From positions 1 through 64,000 of the forward strand of contig CBDBCE010000004.1 of the NCBI GenBank assembly GCA_965203315.1: a stretch of 64,000 bases of DNA. The letters run 5' to 3'. Source of the DNA: Nitrosopumilus sp. Its GTDB lineage: Archaea > Thermoproteota > Nitrososphaeria > Nitrososphaerales > Nitrosopumilaceae. Both the position numbers and the translations under genes were made by a program. This document shows positions 20,778-31,143 of this stretch, piece by piece. The notes beneath the pieces were generated by a model. That model did not search any database. It saw nothing but the letters and a program-made list of their open reading frames with translations, and was not told where the DNA came from. Positions within the stretch are counted from its first letter, which is position 1; each line of letters begins with the position of its first letter.

Positions 20778-22476
20778 GTATGAGGTTAGGTCTCACGCAC
20801 AACTTTTAGGAGTGTATCATAGACGTTGAGACCTTGTTGCTCCCATGTTGTTACACATGTAAAGATATTGCCAACTCGTCGTTTACTCTCCTCAGATACG
20901 ATACGTTGAGTTACCTTGCGGAATAGCACCATTGATCGTATAGCTCGCTCTGCTCTGTTGTTTGTGTATTCCATACCATAGTATAGCACAAATGTGTATA
21001 GATCATCTGCAGCATTAGCTAAATGAACTCCAAATTTGCGACAAGCTTCGTTGTCTAGTTTCTTGTACTCTGCTGCAAGTGATAATGTCTTTTGCACTAG
21101 ATCATCTACTCTGTATTTTAGGTATATGTCCACATGATTGGGATTGTCCACCTGTAGTGCTTTTGCAATTTCAAGTAGTTTCTGTAATCTTTTGTACATT
21201 AGTACAGTATGTACGTCACACATTGTATCTTTTGCATTTCGCAGTATGTGCGCCCAACAACGTTGCCGTACATTGAATAGTTTGTACACGACATATCCAT
21301 CCGACACGAGTGGTATCAGAATATACTTTTTGAACGTTTTTTCTAGAAAATCTTTTGTACGCTCTGGCGATATGATGAATTGCGTACCATAATCGCCGAC
21401 AAGAACCCAGACCCATCCCAATTTCGCAGCAAGGGACATCGACGTCTCATCCATGTAGATTACCTTGGATTTTAGGTTCATTCTCTCTATTTTTTTGACA
21501 TATTTGTCTAATTTATCGGCAATCGTGTCTATTGCCCCCGTTACCATCTTTTTAGATATACACGGGTCTAGGCATTGAAGAGTACTAGTTATTGTTCTGA
21601 TACTACAGCCATTCTTTCTCATTATGGTTGCAATCACGCCTAGAATTGGGCACAACATTGTGTTGTGTAGTATGTCTGGGATGCTGTCGAATGTATCGCC
21701 TGATGCGCCACAATCTCTACAGTTGTAAAAGTATCCGATATGGAGTATGTGCAATATTATGATCTGTATGTCAATCGTTCTCTTTTGTCTAGACCTCTTG
21801 TTGTCAACATGCTTACTGCCACATCCATCACACTTTTCTTTTTTATGATGTCTTGTCTTGTCTGTTTTTATGTTGTCGGAAACTCCTTTGTGACCCTTGT
21901 CTTGTCCTGCTTTTTTCCATTCGCTTTTAGATTTTCTTGTACCCTTTTTTACATGATCTGGTTGTTTTGATGAGGGTACGTTAGAATTGTCGAGCTGCTT
22001 GCGTCTCGTTTCTTTGTTCTTGGCCTGTGCTGTTTGTACCTCTATCTTTTCTTTTTTACCCTCTATCTTTTTTCTGGTGTTACGAATCTTGGTCTGTGAT
22101 AGTTGTTGACCACGTTCTATAATTTTGATCATCCTTTGGAATACATTAAAACAATCATTGATTGAATTTGGAGATACTTGGAGTCCCATAATTGTAGCAA
22201 GTAAAATCTCGTACAGTTTCATATTCATTCTCTTCTGCTTTGCAACTTGTTTTTGTAGACTCGTAATGGTCTCTTGTTGTTGTTCGATGGTATCATTTTG
22301 CTGCTTGACAGTATCCTCTAGATCTGCTATCTTGGCAGATGTCTCCCTATCTTTCTTGGTAGTCTTTTGTCTCGCGATCTGTCTAGACATTGTCATAATT
22401 GGTAGTATTTGGATTTAGCCTAGATTATCTAGAAAAGTTGTCCCTTTGGGTAGATCTTTTAGACCTAACCTCGTAC
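20778..22476 (-). mobile_element. IS66-family element (single-ORF, ISBst12-like), 1699 bp
   Basis: TIRs GTATGAGGTTAGGTCT / revcomp GTACGAGGTTAGGTCT; 8-bp TSD CATAATTA at 20770-20777 and 22477-22484. Confidence 0.9.
20786..22396 (-). CDS. IS66 family transposase
   Basis: Coiled coil, NSNVPSS, GQDKGHKG, CxxC...CxxC Zn finger, MDET, SDGY..Y, QRCWAH, TNNRAERAIR. Confidence 0.92.
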   Translation of the reverse strand: MTMSRQIARQKTTKKDRETSAKIADLEDTVKQQNDTIEQQQETITSLQKQVAKQKRMNMKLYEILLATIMGLQVSPNSINDCFNVFQRMIKIIERGQQLSQTKIRNTRKKIEGKKEKIEVQTAQAKNKETRRKQLDNSNVPSSKQPDHVKKGTRKSKSEWKKAGQDKGHKGVSDNIKTDKTRHHKKEKCDGCGSKHVDNKRSRQKRTIDIQIIILHILHIGYFYNCRDCGASGDTFDSIPDILHNTMLCPILGVIATIMRKNGCSIRTITSTLQCLDPCISKKMVTGAIDTIADKLDKYVKKIERMNLKSKVIYMDETSMSLAAKLGWVWVLVGDYGTQFIISPERTKDFLEKTFKKYILIPLVSDGYVVYKLFNVRQRCWAHILRNAKDTMCDVHTVLMYKRLQKLLEIAKALQVDNPNHVDIYLKYRVDDLVQKTLSLAAEYKKLDNEACRKFGVHLANAADDLYTFVLYYGMEYTNNRAERAIRSMVLFRKVTQRIVSEESKRRVGNIFTCVTTWEQQGLNVYDTLLKVVRET

Positions 22477-22979
22477 CATAATTACACACATACTATTCTA
22501 CAATCTATTTGGAAAATACTTTCACACTTTGGTATATTACAAGGTTCCATTGTTTTCTAGTCATAAAATTAAGTGGTTAGACATCCCATATACTTGAACG
22601 TCAAAAATCACTTCTTCTGTATTCCGAGATGTCTGTTGCATGCCAACGTCACCACTTTACCATATTCGTATCATTTTTAACTGATCCCAGCGTCTAGGTT
22701 ACTGCTCGAGTTGTTAGCTTTAGCATTCTGGATGGCTCTTTTAGATGAATTTTTGGTGAATTGACAGTTAGGATTTGCACGAAAACATGTGGATTAGAGT
22801 CACCGCATACAGTTTTGTGCTTTACGGCCAAAGCATTCTGAATATTCATGGCATAAAGATCATATCTGATATAGAGAGCATTGACCGTGACCAAACACAT
22901 TTCGTATAATTCATTCGTATCAAAGATACGGATCAAAGAGTAGAGATTATTAAATATATATTCTAAAATCTATTAGATA

Positions 22980-24626
22980 ATGAATGGAATAACTACACTG
23001 ACTGTTCTTACAGTCTGCCTTGTGGGCACAATGCTGATTTCCACAGCAGTAGCTGAGAACATAGAAGACTTGGAGCAAGCAATAGCAGAACTCAACAAAA
23101 AGTACGGCGTATCAGAAACTCCTACACTGACTGATGAACAACGGGCCGAGTACGACAAACGTGTACAAGCGATCAATAAAGAATACTCTGACATATACGA
23201 CGAGTTGTCAAAAAAGATTGCAGCTATAGATGTTGAGTTTGGTATTCAACCCTGGCCTGAACTCACTGACGAACAATGGGATGCATATCATCGAGAGATC
23301 GACGCAGTATTTGAAAAATACTATCCCGCTGGAGTCGGCAATAATGGCACAGATGTATCTGACGAGGTCTCAGAGTTTAACAGTAAAGTTGCAGAACTCA
23401 ACAAAAAGTACGGCGTATCAGAAACTCCTACACTGACTGATGAACAACGGGCCGAGTACGACAAACGTGTACAAGCGATCAATAAAGAATACTCTGACAT
23501 ATACGACGAGTTGTCAAAAAAGATTGCAGCTATAGATGTTGAGTTTGGTATTCAACCCTGGCCTGAACTCACTGACGAACAATGGGATGCATATCATCGA
23601 GAGATCGACGCAGTATTTGAAAAATACTATCCCGCTGGAGTCGGCAATAATGGCACAGATGTATCTGACGAGGTCTCAGAGTTTAACAGTAAAGTTGCAG
23701 AGATCGACAAAAAGTACGGCATGCCATCAACCCCTACACTAACTGACGAACAATGGGCCGAGTACGACAAACGTGTACAAGCAGTATATGCAGAGTATGA
23801 AGATGTCTATGAAGAGATCGATGCCAAGTTTTTAGCACTTGATAAAGAGTTTGGAATAGTTCGTTATCCTGAATTGACCGAAGAGCAGCGGAATGCATTT
23901 GACAAAGAGATGTCTGTATTGCATGACAAACTGAATCCATTTGGAGCAGCGTCTGACTATGACATGGATCCAGAACTCGTTGCACAACTCAAAGAGATCG
24001 ACAAAAAGTACGGCATGCCATCAACCCCTACACTGACTGACGAACAATGGGCCGAGTACGACAAACGTGTACAAGCAGTATATGCCGAGTATGAAGATGT
24101 CTATGAAGAGATCGATGCCAAGTTTTTAGCACTTGATAAAGAGTTTGGAATAGATCACTTTGTTCTATCTCCCGATGACTGGGAAGCATATGATCGAGAA
24201 CTATCTGCTCTTCTTGCCAAATTTGATGTAGAACAAACGTTTGGAGCTGCAAGTACTGGTTTAAATGGGACTATATCTGTAGACCTCACTTCTGCTGAGA
24301 TAGAGTATGAGAAACAGATGAGAGCTATATTCTCCTCATTTGGATTCATCGACTTTGATAAACTCGAGACTCTGCCATCTAGTTTTTGGCGTGGCATTGA
24401 GGATATTGATACAAAGTATGCTGATCACCTAAACTTGATAGGCGATCCGTATGCTAGTAAGAACAAGACTGGATCATATGAGATTCTCTCATCCGAGTAT
24501 CTTCCTACAGTTCGCAAACTATGTGGCGACATTGAATGTGTACCCTTGCTTACACCATCTCAAATTGAGGACTTGGACGAACAATTGTCAAAACTTCAAA
24601 AAAAGTTTGACAATGGTGAACTCTAA
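22980..24626 (+). CDS. Secreted acidic tandem-repeat protein (PxLTxEQ repeats)
   Basis: Signal peptide; repeated ~50-aa helical units. Confidence 0.8.
   Translation: MNGITTLTVLTVCLVGTMLISTAVAENIEDLEQAIAELNKKYGVSETPTLTDEQRAEYDKRVQAINKEYSDIYDELSKKIAAIDVEFGIQPWPELTDEQWDAYHREIDAVFEKYYPAGVGNNGTDVSDEVSEFNSKVAELNKKYGVSETPTLTDEQRAEYDKRVQAINKEYSDIYDELSKKIAAIDVEFGIQPWPELTDEQWDAYHREIDAVFEKYYPAGVGNNGTDVSDEVSEFNSKVAEIDKKYGMPSTPTLTDEQWAEYDKRVQAVYAEYEDVYEEIDAKFLALDKEFGIVRYPELTEEQRNAFDKEMSVLHDKLNPFGAASDYDMDPELVAQLKEIDKKYGMPSTPTLTDEQWAEYDKRVQAVYAEYEDVYEEIDAKFLALDKEFGIDHFVLSPDDWEAYDRELSALLAKFDVEQTFGAASTGLNGTISVDLTSAEIEYEKQMRAIFSSFGFIDFDKLETLPSSFWRGIEDIDTKYADHLNLIGDPYASKNKTGSYEILSSEYLPTVRKLCGDIECVPLLTPSQIEDLDEQLSKLQKKFDNGEL
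23085..23696 (+). repeat. Perfect 306-bp tandem duplication within CDS
   Basis: 23085-23390 equals 23391-23696; a second near-identical ~160-bp pair at ~23700 and ~23994. Confidence 0.9.
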
Positions 24627-24698
24627 CCTCTTTTTCTTTATTTCCAAACAATCTAGTCTAACAATAGTTGAATTTATGATCGCTATCGATCGTTAACA

Positions 24699-25061
24699 AT
24701 GAAACATGATGCAATATCTGATCGGCTCTTTATGTCTTATGTGGCTTGGCAAGATTTGATGCGATTCTCAAAGATACATGTCAAGAGGATCTACGATTTA
24801 TGTGAGATGGAATGGTTACAGAAAAAGCACCGCAAGATTCTGTGGGGGAAATTACAGAAAAAGCCTTGCGAAATACAATCTTGCATAAATCGAAGAGATC
24901 CAATGTCTTATTACCTAGATCGATACACCGGTAAACCATGCTCTATTAGATCTGTCAGCAAAATCTGTGCCGTGAGGAGATGGCAAATGTTCAATTATCG
25001 AGATTTTGACTATGATCTAGATATGTTAAGCCATTGTGGCATGTTTGGGACTGATCTTTGA
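24699..25061 (+). CDS. Hypothetical protein
   Basis: 120-aa ATG ORF; no recognised motif. Confidence 0.4.
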   Translation: MKHDAISDRLFMSYVAWQDLMRFSKIHVKRIYDLCEMEWLQKKHRKILWGKLQKKPCEIQSCINRRDPMSYYLDRYTGKPCSIRSVSKICAVRRWQMFNYRDFDYDLDMLSHCGMFGTDL

Positions 25062-25252
25062 TAGAATGGCCTGTTTTGTACAAGTCGATATGACACCGTA
25101 CGTGAATGAGAAATGTATTAAATAACCTCGCTCATACCTGCCATTAAAGTCATGACTTGTAACAATCTTTACCTTGATCGTACAAAAACCATATCAGATC
25201 GTTGTCCAAAAATCCTAAATAACGTTCAGATTGCCTCATGGCTAGGAACTAG

Positions 25253-25873
25253 ATGATGAGTACCGATCCATCAAAACAATCAAGTGACAACTCTGCTAGA
25301 TCTGATAAAGCAGAACCTCCTAAACCAGCTACACCACCCAAACCCACGACAGTCGCAAAACCCACATCAGAGCCTGAACTACCGGCATTTGAGAAAGGAA
25401 TCTCTGACAAGTTGGTAGCCAAGTTTGGAGACAAGATCGAGATTGCATTTGTTAAACCGGATCGAATCCGTGTAAATGTAGATCGATCAAATATTCACAC
25501 TGTCGCAGAGTTTATTCGTGACGCTTTAAACTACGATCATGTCGAGTCTGTAACCGGTGTTGATCTGCCTAAAGAGAAAGCAATCGAGGTTGTATATCAT
25601 ATCGGTTCGTATACGGATCCGTCACTTGCAAGACAACTACTAGTACTCGTAACTAGAGCACAACGTGAAGAGAATCCGATACCTGGAAATGACGCAACTA
25701 GACTACCTAGCCTTAGAGATATATTTTACAGTGTAGAATTTCACGAGAGAGAGGTCTTTGAGATGTTGGGAGTTTTCTTTGAAGGACATCCAGATAATCG
25801 ACGGCTATTGTTGCCTGAAGATTGGGCAGATCTGCCACCACTTCGAAAGGACTTTGCCATAAAGGGAAGATAG
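25253..25873 (+). CDS. nuoC: NADH-quinone oxidoreductase subunit C
   Basis: HEREVFEMLGVFFEGHPDNRRLLLPEDW..PPLRKD. Confidence 0.95.
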   Translation: MMSTDPSKQSSDNSARSDKAEPPKPATPPKPTTVAKPTSEPELPAFEKGISDKLVAKFGDKIEIAFVKPDRIRVNVDRSNIHTVAEFIRDALNYDHVESVTGVDLPKEKAIEVVYHIGSYTDPSLARQLLVLVTRAQREENPIPGNDATRLPSLRDIFYSVEFHEREVFEMLGVFFEGHPDNRRLLLPEDWADLPPLRKDFAIKGR

Positions 25874-27010
25874 ATGACCGCAGAACTGCCACCAGGACTA
25901 GCACTCCAAAAAGTCGATGAACGAATCATGACACTCAACGTTGGTCCACAACATCCAGGTTCAGGTCATATGAGAATAGTGGTTCAGATTGATGGTGACT
26001 ATATTGTAGCATGTGATCCAGACCCTGGTTATGTTCATCGTGGTGAAGAAAAGATGGCTGAATATCGTAACTATATAACAAATATCCCCCACTTGGAACG
26101 ACCAGTGATACATGACTCTTGCAATATATTGTATCCCTATGTGTTGGGCGCAGAAGAGATCCTTGGAATTGAGGTACCAGAGCGAGCAAAATACGTTCGA
26201 GTTATAGCATCCGAGCTGAATCGTTGCATATACACCATGTATTGGCTTGCCATCTATGGGATCTTTTTAGGACACTCTACGATGTTTATGTGGCCTTCTG
26301 GCGATCGTGAGCTGTTGATAGATCTGATGGAAAAGATGACCGGAGCTAGAGTTACTCATGCCCACTTTGTACCAGGCGGTGTTCGAAATGATCTACCTCC
26401 AAACTTTGAAGATATCTGTCTACGTCAAGTAAACTATTTTGAGAAGCGTATTCGAGAGTATGCTGATATCTTTTACGACAATCCTATACTCCAGTCTCGT
26501 ACTCGGGATACAGGAGTTCTCTCGAGGCAAGATGCCATTAGACTTGGAACTACGGGCTCGGTTCTTAGAGCTAGTGGCGTTGACTATGATCTTCGAGTGA
26601 AAGAACCATATGATGTATACGAAGAGCTTGATGTTCATACCAACGTCATGAACGAAGGTGACTCTTATTCACGTTCTAAAGTTCCATGGCTAGATATGCT
26701 TGAGAGTTGTAATATCATTCGGCAGGCATTAGAAAAGCTACCAAAGTCAGGATCTGTTCGTACAAAACTAAAACCAAATCCCAAGACAAAGGGACCTGCT
26801 ACAGTATACAAGCGAGTCGAGTCAGGTCGTGGCTCTCTTGGCTGTTATATTATATCTGATGGCAAGCCTGAACCATATCGAGTCAAGATGAGTGTTGGTT
26901 CTTTTCGAAATCTAATTGCGTTACCATATCTTCTAAAGGGCGAGAAACTTGGAAATATGCCTTCTGTATACTGGAGCTTGAATTATTGGCCTGTGGAGGC
27001 AGATAGATAA
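25874..27010 (+). CDS. nuoD: NADH-quinone oxidoreductase subunit D
   Basis: NVGPQHP, GYVHRGEEK, C-terminal EADR. Confidence 0.96.
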   Translation: MTAELPPGLALQKVDERIMTLNVGPQHPGSGHMRIVVQIDGDYIVACDPDPGYVHRGEEKMAEYRNYITNIPHLERPVIHDSCNILYPYVLGAEEILGIEVPERAKYVRVIASELNRCIYTMYWLAIYGIFLGHSTMFMWPSGDRELLIDLMEKMTGARVTHAHFVPGGVRNDLPPNFEDICLRQVNYFEKRIREYADIFYDNPILQSRTRDTGVLSRQDAIRLGTTGSVLRASGVDYDLRVKEPYDVYEELDVHTNVMNEGDSYSRSKVPWLDMLESCNIIRQALEKLPKSGSVRTKLKPNPKTKGPATVYKRVESGRGSLGCYIISDGKPEPYRVKMSVGSFRNLIALPYLLKGEKLGNMPSVYWSLNYWPVEADR

Positions 27011-28308
27011 TGTCTGTTATTGCGCCAAACTTTAAACTGAGCGAGTTTATCAAATCTATTCTAGATAATCTCTTTTGGATATTGGTACTGATGTCTCTAG
27101 TAGGCATTCCAGCTGTTCAGATAGTCCTGTTTTATGTCGAGATGCCCGTTATCGATGGCGAACTATTAACACCATTTCTAGCATTCACTTGGTTGTCGGA
27201 TCCATCTAGAATTCTTCCTATAGTTCATGCGTTTATGGCAACTGATCTATTTCGTATTGCTGCATTTCCAGGGTTTGGATTTGCAGCACTCTTGGCCGCA
27301 GGTACGATCTTTGTTGAACGCAAGATGCTTGCAAAACTTCAACTACGTGTAGGACCATTCTACTGTGGCAAGATAGAAGGAATTCTACAACTTGCAGGTG
27401 ATGGACTCAAACTTATCTCAAAGGAGATAATAATTCCAGCAAAAGCAGACAAGCCACTTTTTTGGGCAGCTCCTGTACTGTTTGTAGGAACAGCTGCTGC
27501 ATTCGTCTCATTGATCCCGGTAGCTCCTGGATGGGTGGTAGCTGATATTGACATGGGACTACTTGCCGTATTTGCAGTGATTGGATTCTTTCCTATAATT
27601 ACGATTCTATCTGCATGGTCTGCAAACAGCAAGTTTCCATTCATTGGTGGTATACGCGCTCTATTTCAGATGGTCTCTTTTGAGATTCCACTGATACTCT
27701 CATTACTTGGTGTTGTGATAGTAACTGGAACTCTTAATTTGTCTGAGATATCCGCTAGCCAGTCGTTCTTTCCATGGATAATATTCCTACCAATTGGCGC
27801 AATAGTCTTCTTTATTACAATGCTAGCAGAACTAGAAAGGATTCCATTTGATCTACCTGAAGCAGAGAGTGAGATCGTTGCAGGCTGGCTGACAGAGTTT
27901 TCTGGAATGATGTATGGGCTGGTTCAACTAGGAACATATCTCAAACTGTATGCATTTGCAGCTCTCTTTGTTGTAATATTTCTAGGTGGATGGAACGGTC
28001 CAATGATCGTACCACCATTCCCATCCGAGATAATTACAGAAGGAATCCATCTCGGTCCTGTAACCGCAAAGATTCCTGGACTACCACTATTCACTCAAGA
28101 GATGCTAAATGGAACGATCTGGTTTGTACTAAAGACGGTCGGCGTAATATTCTTCATACTCTTACCTCGTGGCGTATTTCCACGAATCCGTATCGATCTA
28201 CTCTTGAGTCTCGGCTGGACCAAACTCATCGGCCTCTCATTCGTTAACATCTTTATTGCACTAGGATTGCTTTATGCTGGAGTACTAGGACCTGGAGGAC
28301 TACAATGA
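27010..28308 (+). CDS. nuoH: NADH-quinone oxidoreductase subunit H
   Basis: ERKMLAKLQLRVGP, PFDLPEAESEIVAG, PRIRID. Confidence 0.96.
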   Translation: MSVIAPNFKLSEFIKSILDNLFWILVLMSLVGIPAVQIVLFYVEMPVIDGELLTPFLAFTWLSDPSRILPIVHAFMATDLFRIAAFPGFGFAALLAAGTIFVERKMLAKLQLRVGPFYCGKIEGILQLAGDGLKLISKEIIIPAKADKPLFWAAPVLFVGTAAAFVSLIPVAPGWVVADIDMGLLAVFAVIGFFPIITILSAWSANSKFPFIGGIRALFQMVSFEIPLILSLLGVVIVTGTLNLSEISASQSFFPWIIFLPIGAIVFFITMLAELERIPFDLPEAESEIVAGWLTEFSGMMYGLVQLGTYLKLYAFAALFVVIFLGGWNGPMIVPPFPSEIITEGIHLGPVTAKIPGLPLFTQEMLNGTIWFVLKTVGVIFFILLPRGVFPRIRIDLLLSLGWTKLIGLSFVNIFIALGLLYAGVLGPGGLQ

Positions 28309-28802
28309 AGACTGCAACAGGAATAATTAAGGCGCTAAACTCTGGAGTAAAACACATCGCTGTAAAACGATTTACACTTCGCTATCCAGAACAGAAACTA
28401 AAGTTTGTGGGCGATGGCTACCAGTTTGATCCATCAACAGGCGTAGGAATAGCTGGAATCAAAGGCAGACATATGTTATTTCATGATCACTGCACTGGAT
28501 GTCAACTCTGTTCTATAGCATGTGAGGGTGTAGCTGAGGCCATTGCAATGGTCAAAGTTCCAGAGGAGCATAAACAGAACAAGAAATCGATAATGCCACA
28601 GATCGACTATGGCAAATGCGTCTTTTGTGGACTATGTGTTGACGCATGTCCGTTTTACGCACTATACATGACCAATGACTACGAGCTCTCATCATTTACA
28701 AAGGAGGGACTCATCTATACTCCTGCTCAACTCGCGGTCAAGCCATATGTTGTTCAAGACAGTGAGATCAAGATTACCGACAGAGGTGCAACTCATGGCT
28801 GA
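28305..28802 (+). CDS. nuoI: NADH-quinone oxidoreductase subunit I
   Basis: Two CxxCxxCxxxC 4Fe-4S motifs. Confidence 0.95.
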   Translation: MKTATGIIKALNSGVKHIAVKRFTLRYPEQKLKFVGDGYQFDPSTGVGIAGIKGRHMLFHDHCTGCQLCSIACEGVAEAIAMVKVPEEHKQNKKSIMPQIDYGKCVFCGLCVDACPFYALYMTNDYELSSFTKEGLIYTPAQLAVKPYVVQDSEIKITDRGATHG

Positions 28803-29307
28803 TGCGTTGTTTCTAGCACTCTCTGTAATTACTATCGGTTCTGCGATCGCAGCCCTAGAGTTGCGCTCGTTGATATATGGTTCAATAGCTCTGATGGGAA
28901 CTCTTGGAGGAATCGCTGGATTCTTCTTTCTACTCGACTCACCATTTGTAGCTCTCTTTCAACTAGCTGTTTACGTTGGCTCTATAGCCGTTCTCATACT
29001 GTTTACAGTAATGTTGGTAAAACGAGAGTTGATATTCAAGAGCATAGAGGATCGTAGACGCAAGTTTGCCGGTGTTGGGCTGATGTTCGTCGTCATGGTT
29101 GGACTAGGAGCAGTCTTTTTGGACTCTGGAATAAAGTCTATCGATACAGATGAACCTGCTGCAGAGTTTCGTGATATTGGGACAAGCTTTGTAACATATT
29201 ATTGGCCTGCACTAATACTGATGGCACTAATTCTTGCAGGTTCAGTCATAGGTGCGTTGGTTCTAGCTAAACGGGAGGATTTGGAGGATGGCCAACGAGT
29301 TAGTTGA
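28795..29307 (+). CDS. nuoJ: NADH-quinone oxidoreductase subunit J
   Basis: QLAVYVGSIAVLILFTVML; start ATG at 28795. Confidence 0.93.
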   Translation: MADALFLALSVITIGSAIAALELRSLIYGSIALMGTLGGIAGFFFLLDSPFVALFQLAVYVGSIAVLILFTVMLVKRELIFKSIEDRRRKFAGVGLMFVVMVGLGAVFLDSGIKSIDTDEPAAEFRDIGTSFVTYYWPALILMALILAGSVIGALVLAKREDLEDGQRVS

Positions 29308-29593
29308 CTTTGCTCTGGTCTCTGTAGCATTACTGGGGATTGGCATATACGGACTAGCTGTAAAGCGCAACTTTATCCGTATGCTATTTGCGATCGAGAT
29401 AATCATTAACGCAGCAAACCTGAACATCATCGCCTTTGGCAGATTCTTGCCAGATGCAGCAGGTCAGTCATTTGCTCTCTTTTCTATCGCAATAGCGGCA
29501 GCAGAGGTAGGTGTCGGACTATCTCTGATAATCGTCGCGTATCGTATGTATCAAAAGATCGATATTGCAGACTTTAGGAGCTTGAAGGGATAA
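29288..29593 (+). CDS. nuoK: NADH-quinone oxidoreductase subunit K
   Basis: IEIIINAANL, AIAAAEVGVGL. Confidence 0.95.
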   Translation: MANELVDFALVSVALLGIGIYGLAVKRNFIRMLFAIEIIINAANLNIIAFGRFLPDAAGQSFALFSIAIAAAEVGVGLSLIIVAYRMYQKIDIADFRSLKG

Positions 29594-31143
29594 TGGAGTA
29601 TGCATTATTGCAGGCAGTATTTCTGCCTCTGCTGTTATCTCCAGTGGCATATATCGTAGGCCGCAAAGCAGGTCCTACACCTGCAATGTGGCTGACATTT
29701 GGAATCTTGTTGTACAGTACAGTTCTCGTCATCAATGCAGCCATGTCTGGAACGGTACAAGAGCACTATCCATGGACTGAACAGTTTGGCGAGTTTGGTC
29801 TACTATTAGACGGTCTCGCATCTCCATTTGCGATTATAATCTATGTACTATCTACAATACTTGTAATATACTCCAAGCCCTACATGATACACAAGTTTCA
29901 CGAACAATACGAGGAAGAGAAAAAGATCAACTCTTCAACTAGCGGTCAAGCATCAATAGTTGGTTCATCATTACCCGAGTATGTAAACGCAAAGTCGGGA
30001 CTCTACTTTGCATTATATCTGGTCTTTGCAATGGGAATGCTTGGAACAGTCCTTGCTACAAATCTGATCGAGTTTTACATATTCTTTGAAGTGATGCTGA
30101 TTCCAGGTTTCTTTCTAGTTGCTCTCTGGGGCGATGGTCCACGACGAAAGATCGGACTGATGTTCCTCTTTTGGACACATGCAGGTGCTGTTGTACTGTT
30201 ACTTGGCTTTCTGATGATCGGATTGACCATAGGTAGTTTCGACTTTGCCGATATCGCCGAGTCAGAGATCCCTTCTGATATTGTTCTGGTATCTGCAGTT
30301 GCTATATCTATAGGTCTGGGAGTAAAACTCGCCGTCTTTATGTTTCATATATGGTTGCCGTATGTACATGGCTCGGCACCTACCCCCATCAGTGCACTAT
30401 TGTCACCTGCAATGATCGGAATCGGCGCATATGGAATCTTTAGGTTGATCGTAGAGTTTCTTCCATCCACGTTTGCTGATCTATCTATATGGTTTCACAT
30501 CTGGGGGTTGGTTACGATGATCTATGGAGGTGCTATGGCACTCATGCAAGATGATATCAAACGTCTCTTGGCATACTCTAGTATCAGTCAGATGGGATAT
30601 CTGCTGTTTGGTATAGGATCGGCATCGGTTCTAGGTCTTGCAGGAGCTGAGATGATGTACGTTACACACGGACTAGGTAAAGGACTACTCTTCATGATGG
30701 CTGGGATAATCATAGTCAAGGTTGGAACTAGGAGTATCTCCAAACTTGGTGGTCTTGCAAGTAAGATGCCGATAACTGCCGTCTGTGCTGTGATCGGAGC
30801 ATTAACCATAATGGGCGTTCCACCAACTAGTGGATTCATGGGTGAGTGGATCCTATTCTATGGCGCACTAGAGACCGCAGTGCAAGATGGCTCTACACTT
30901 CGTGCTGTAACGTTTGCTCTAGGTCTAGTAGCAACTGCTCTCACGATGTCATACATGTTGTGGATGTTGAAACGAGTATTCTTTGGCAAGACCCCTGAAC
31001 ACCTCAAAGAGGTTAAAGATGGTGGATGGCACATGACTGCACCAATGATGGTTCTTGCTGGCTTTACAATAGTTCTTGGAATATATCCTGACATCTTTTT
31101 GGAGTCCATTATTCCGTACATGAGTGGGGTGCTTGGTGTATAA
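29593..31143 (+). CDS. nuoM: NADH-quinone oxidoreductase subunit M
   Basis: FHIWLPYVHGSAP, LAYSSISQMG, GFMGE. Confidence 0.93.
   Translation: MEYALLQAVFLPLLLSPVAYIVGRKAGPTPAMWLTFGILLYSTVLVINAAMSGTVQEHYPWTEQFGEFGLLLDGLASPFAIIIYVLSTILVIYSKPYMIHKFHEQYEEEKKINSSTSGQASIVGSSLPEYVNAKSGLYFALYLVFAMGMLGTVLATNLIEFYIFFEVMLIPGFFLVALWGDGPRRKIGLMFLFWTHAGAVVLLLGFLMIGLTIGSFDFADIAESEIPSDIVLVSAVAISIGLGVKLAVFMFHIWLPYVHGSAPTPISALLSPAMIGIGAYGIFRLIVEFLPSTFADLSIWFHIWGLVTMIYGGAMALMQDDIKRLLAYSSISQMGYLLFGIGSASVLGLAGAEMMYVTHGLGKGLLFMMAGIIIVKVGTRSISKLGGLASKMPITAVCAVIGALTIMGVPPTSGFMGEWILFYGALETAVQDGSTLRAVTFALGLVATALTMSYMLWMLKRVFFGKTPEHLKEVKDGGWHMTAPMMVLAGFTIVLGIYPDIFLESIIPYMSGVLGV

Noticed and set aside
23085-24153. Long direct repeats considered as CRISPR array or DGR template/variable pair
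   Set aside because: In-frame coding repeats without spacers or adenine-specific mismatches; no cas or reverse transcriptase gene in the window.
28675-28794. Extended N-terminus of NuoJ in the ORF track
   Set aside because: Overlaps nuoI; the ATG at 28795 gives a typical NuoJ.
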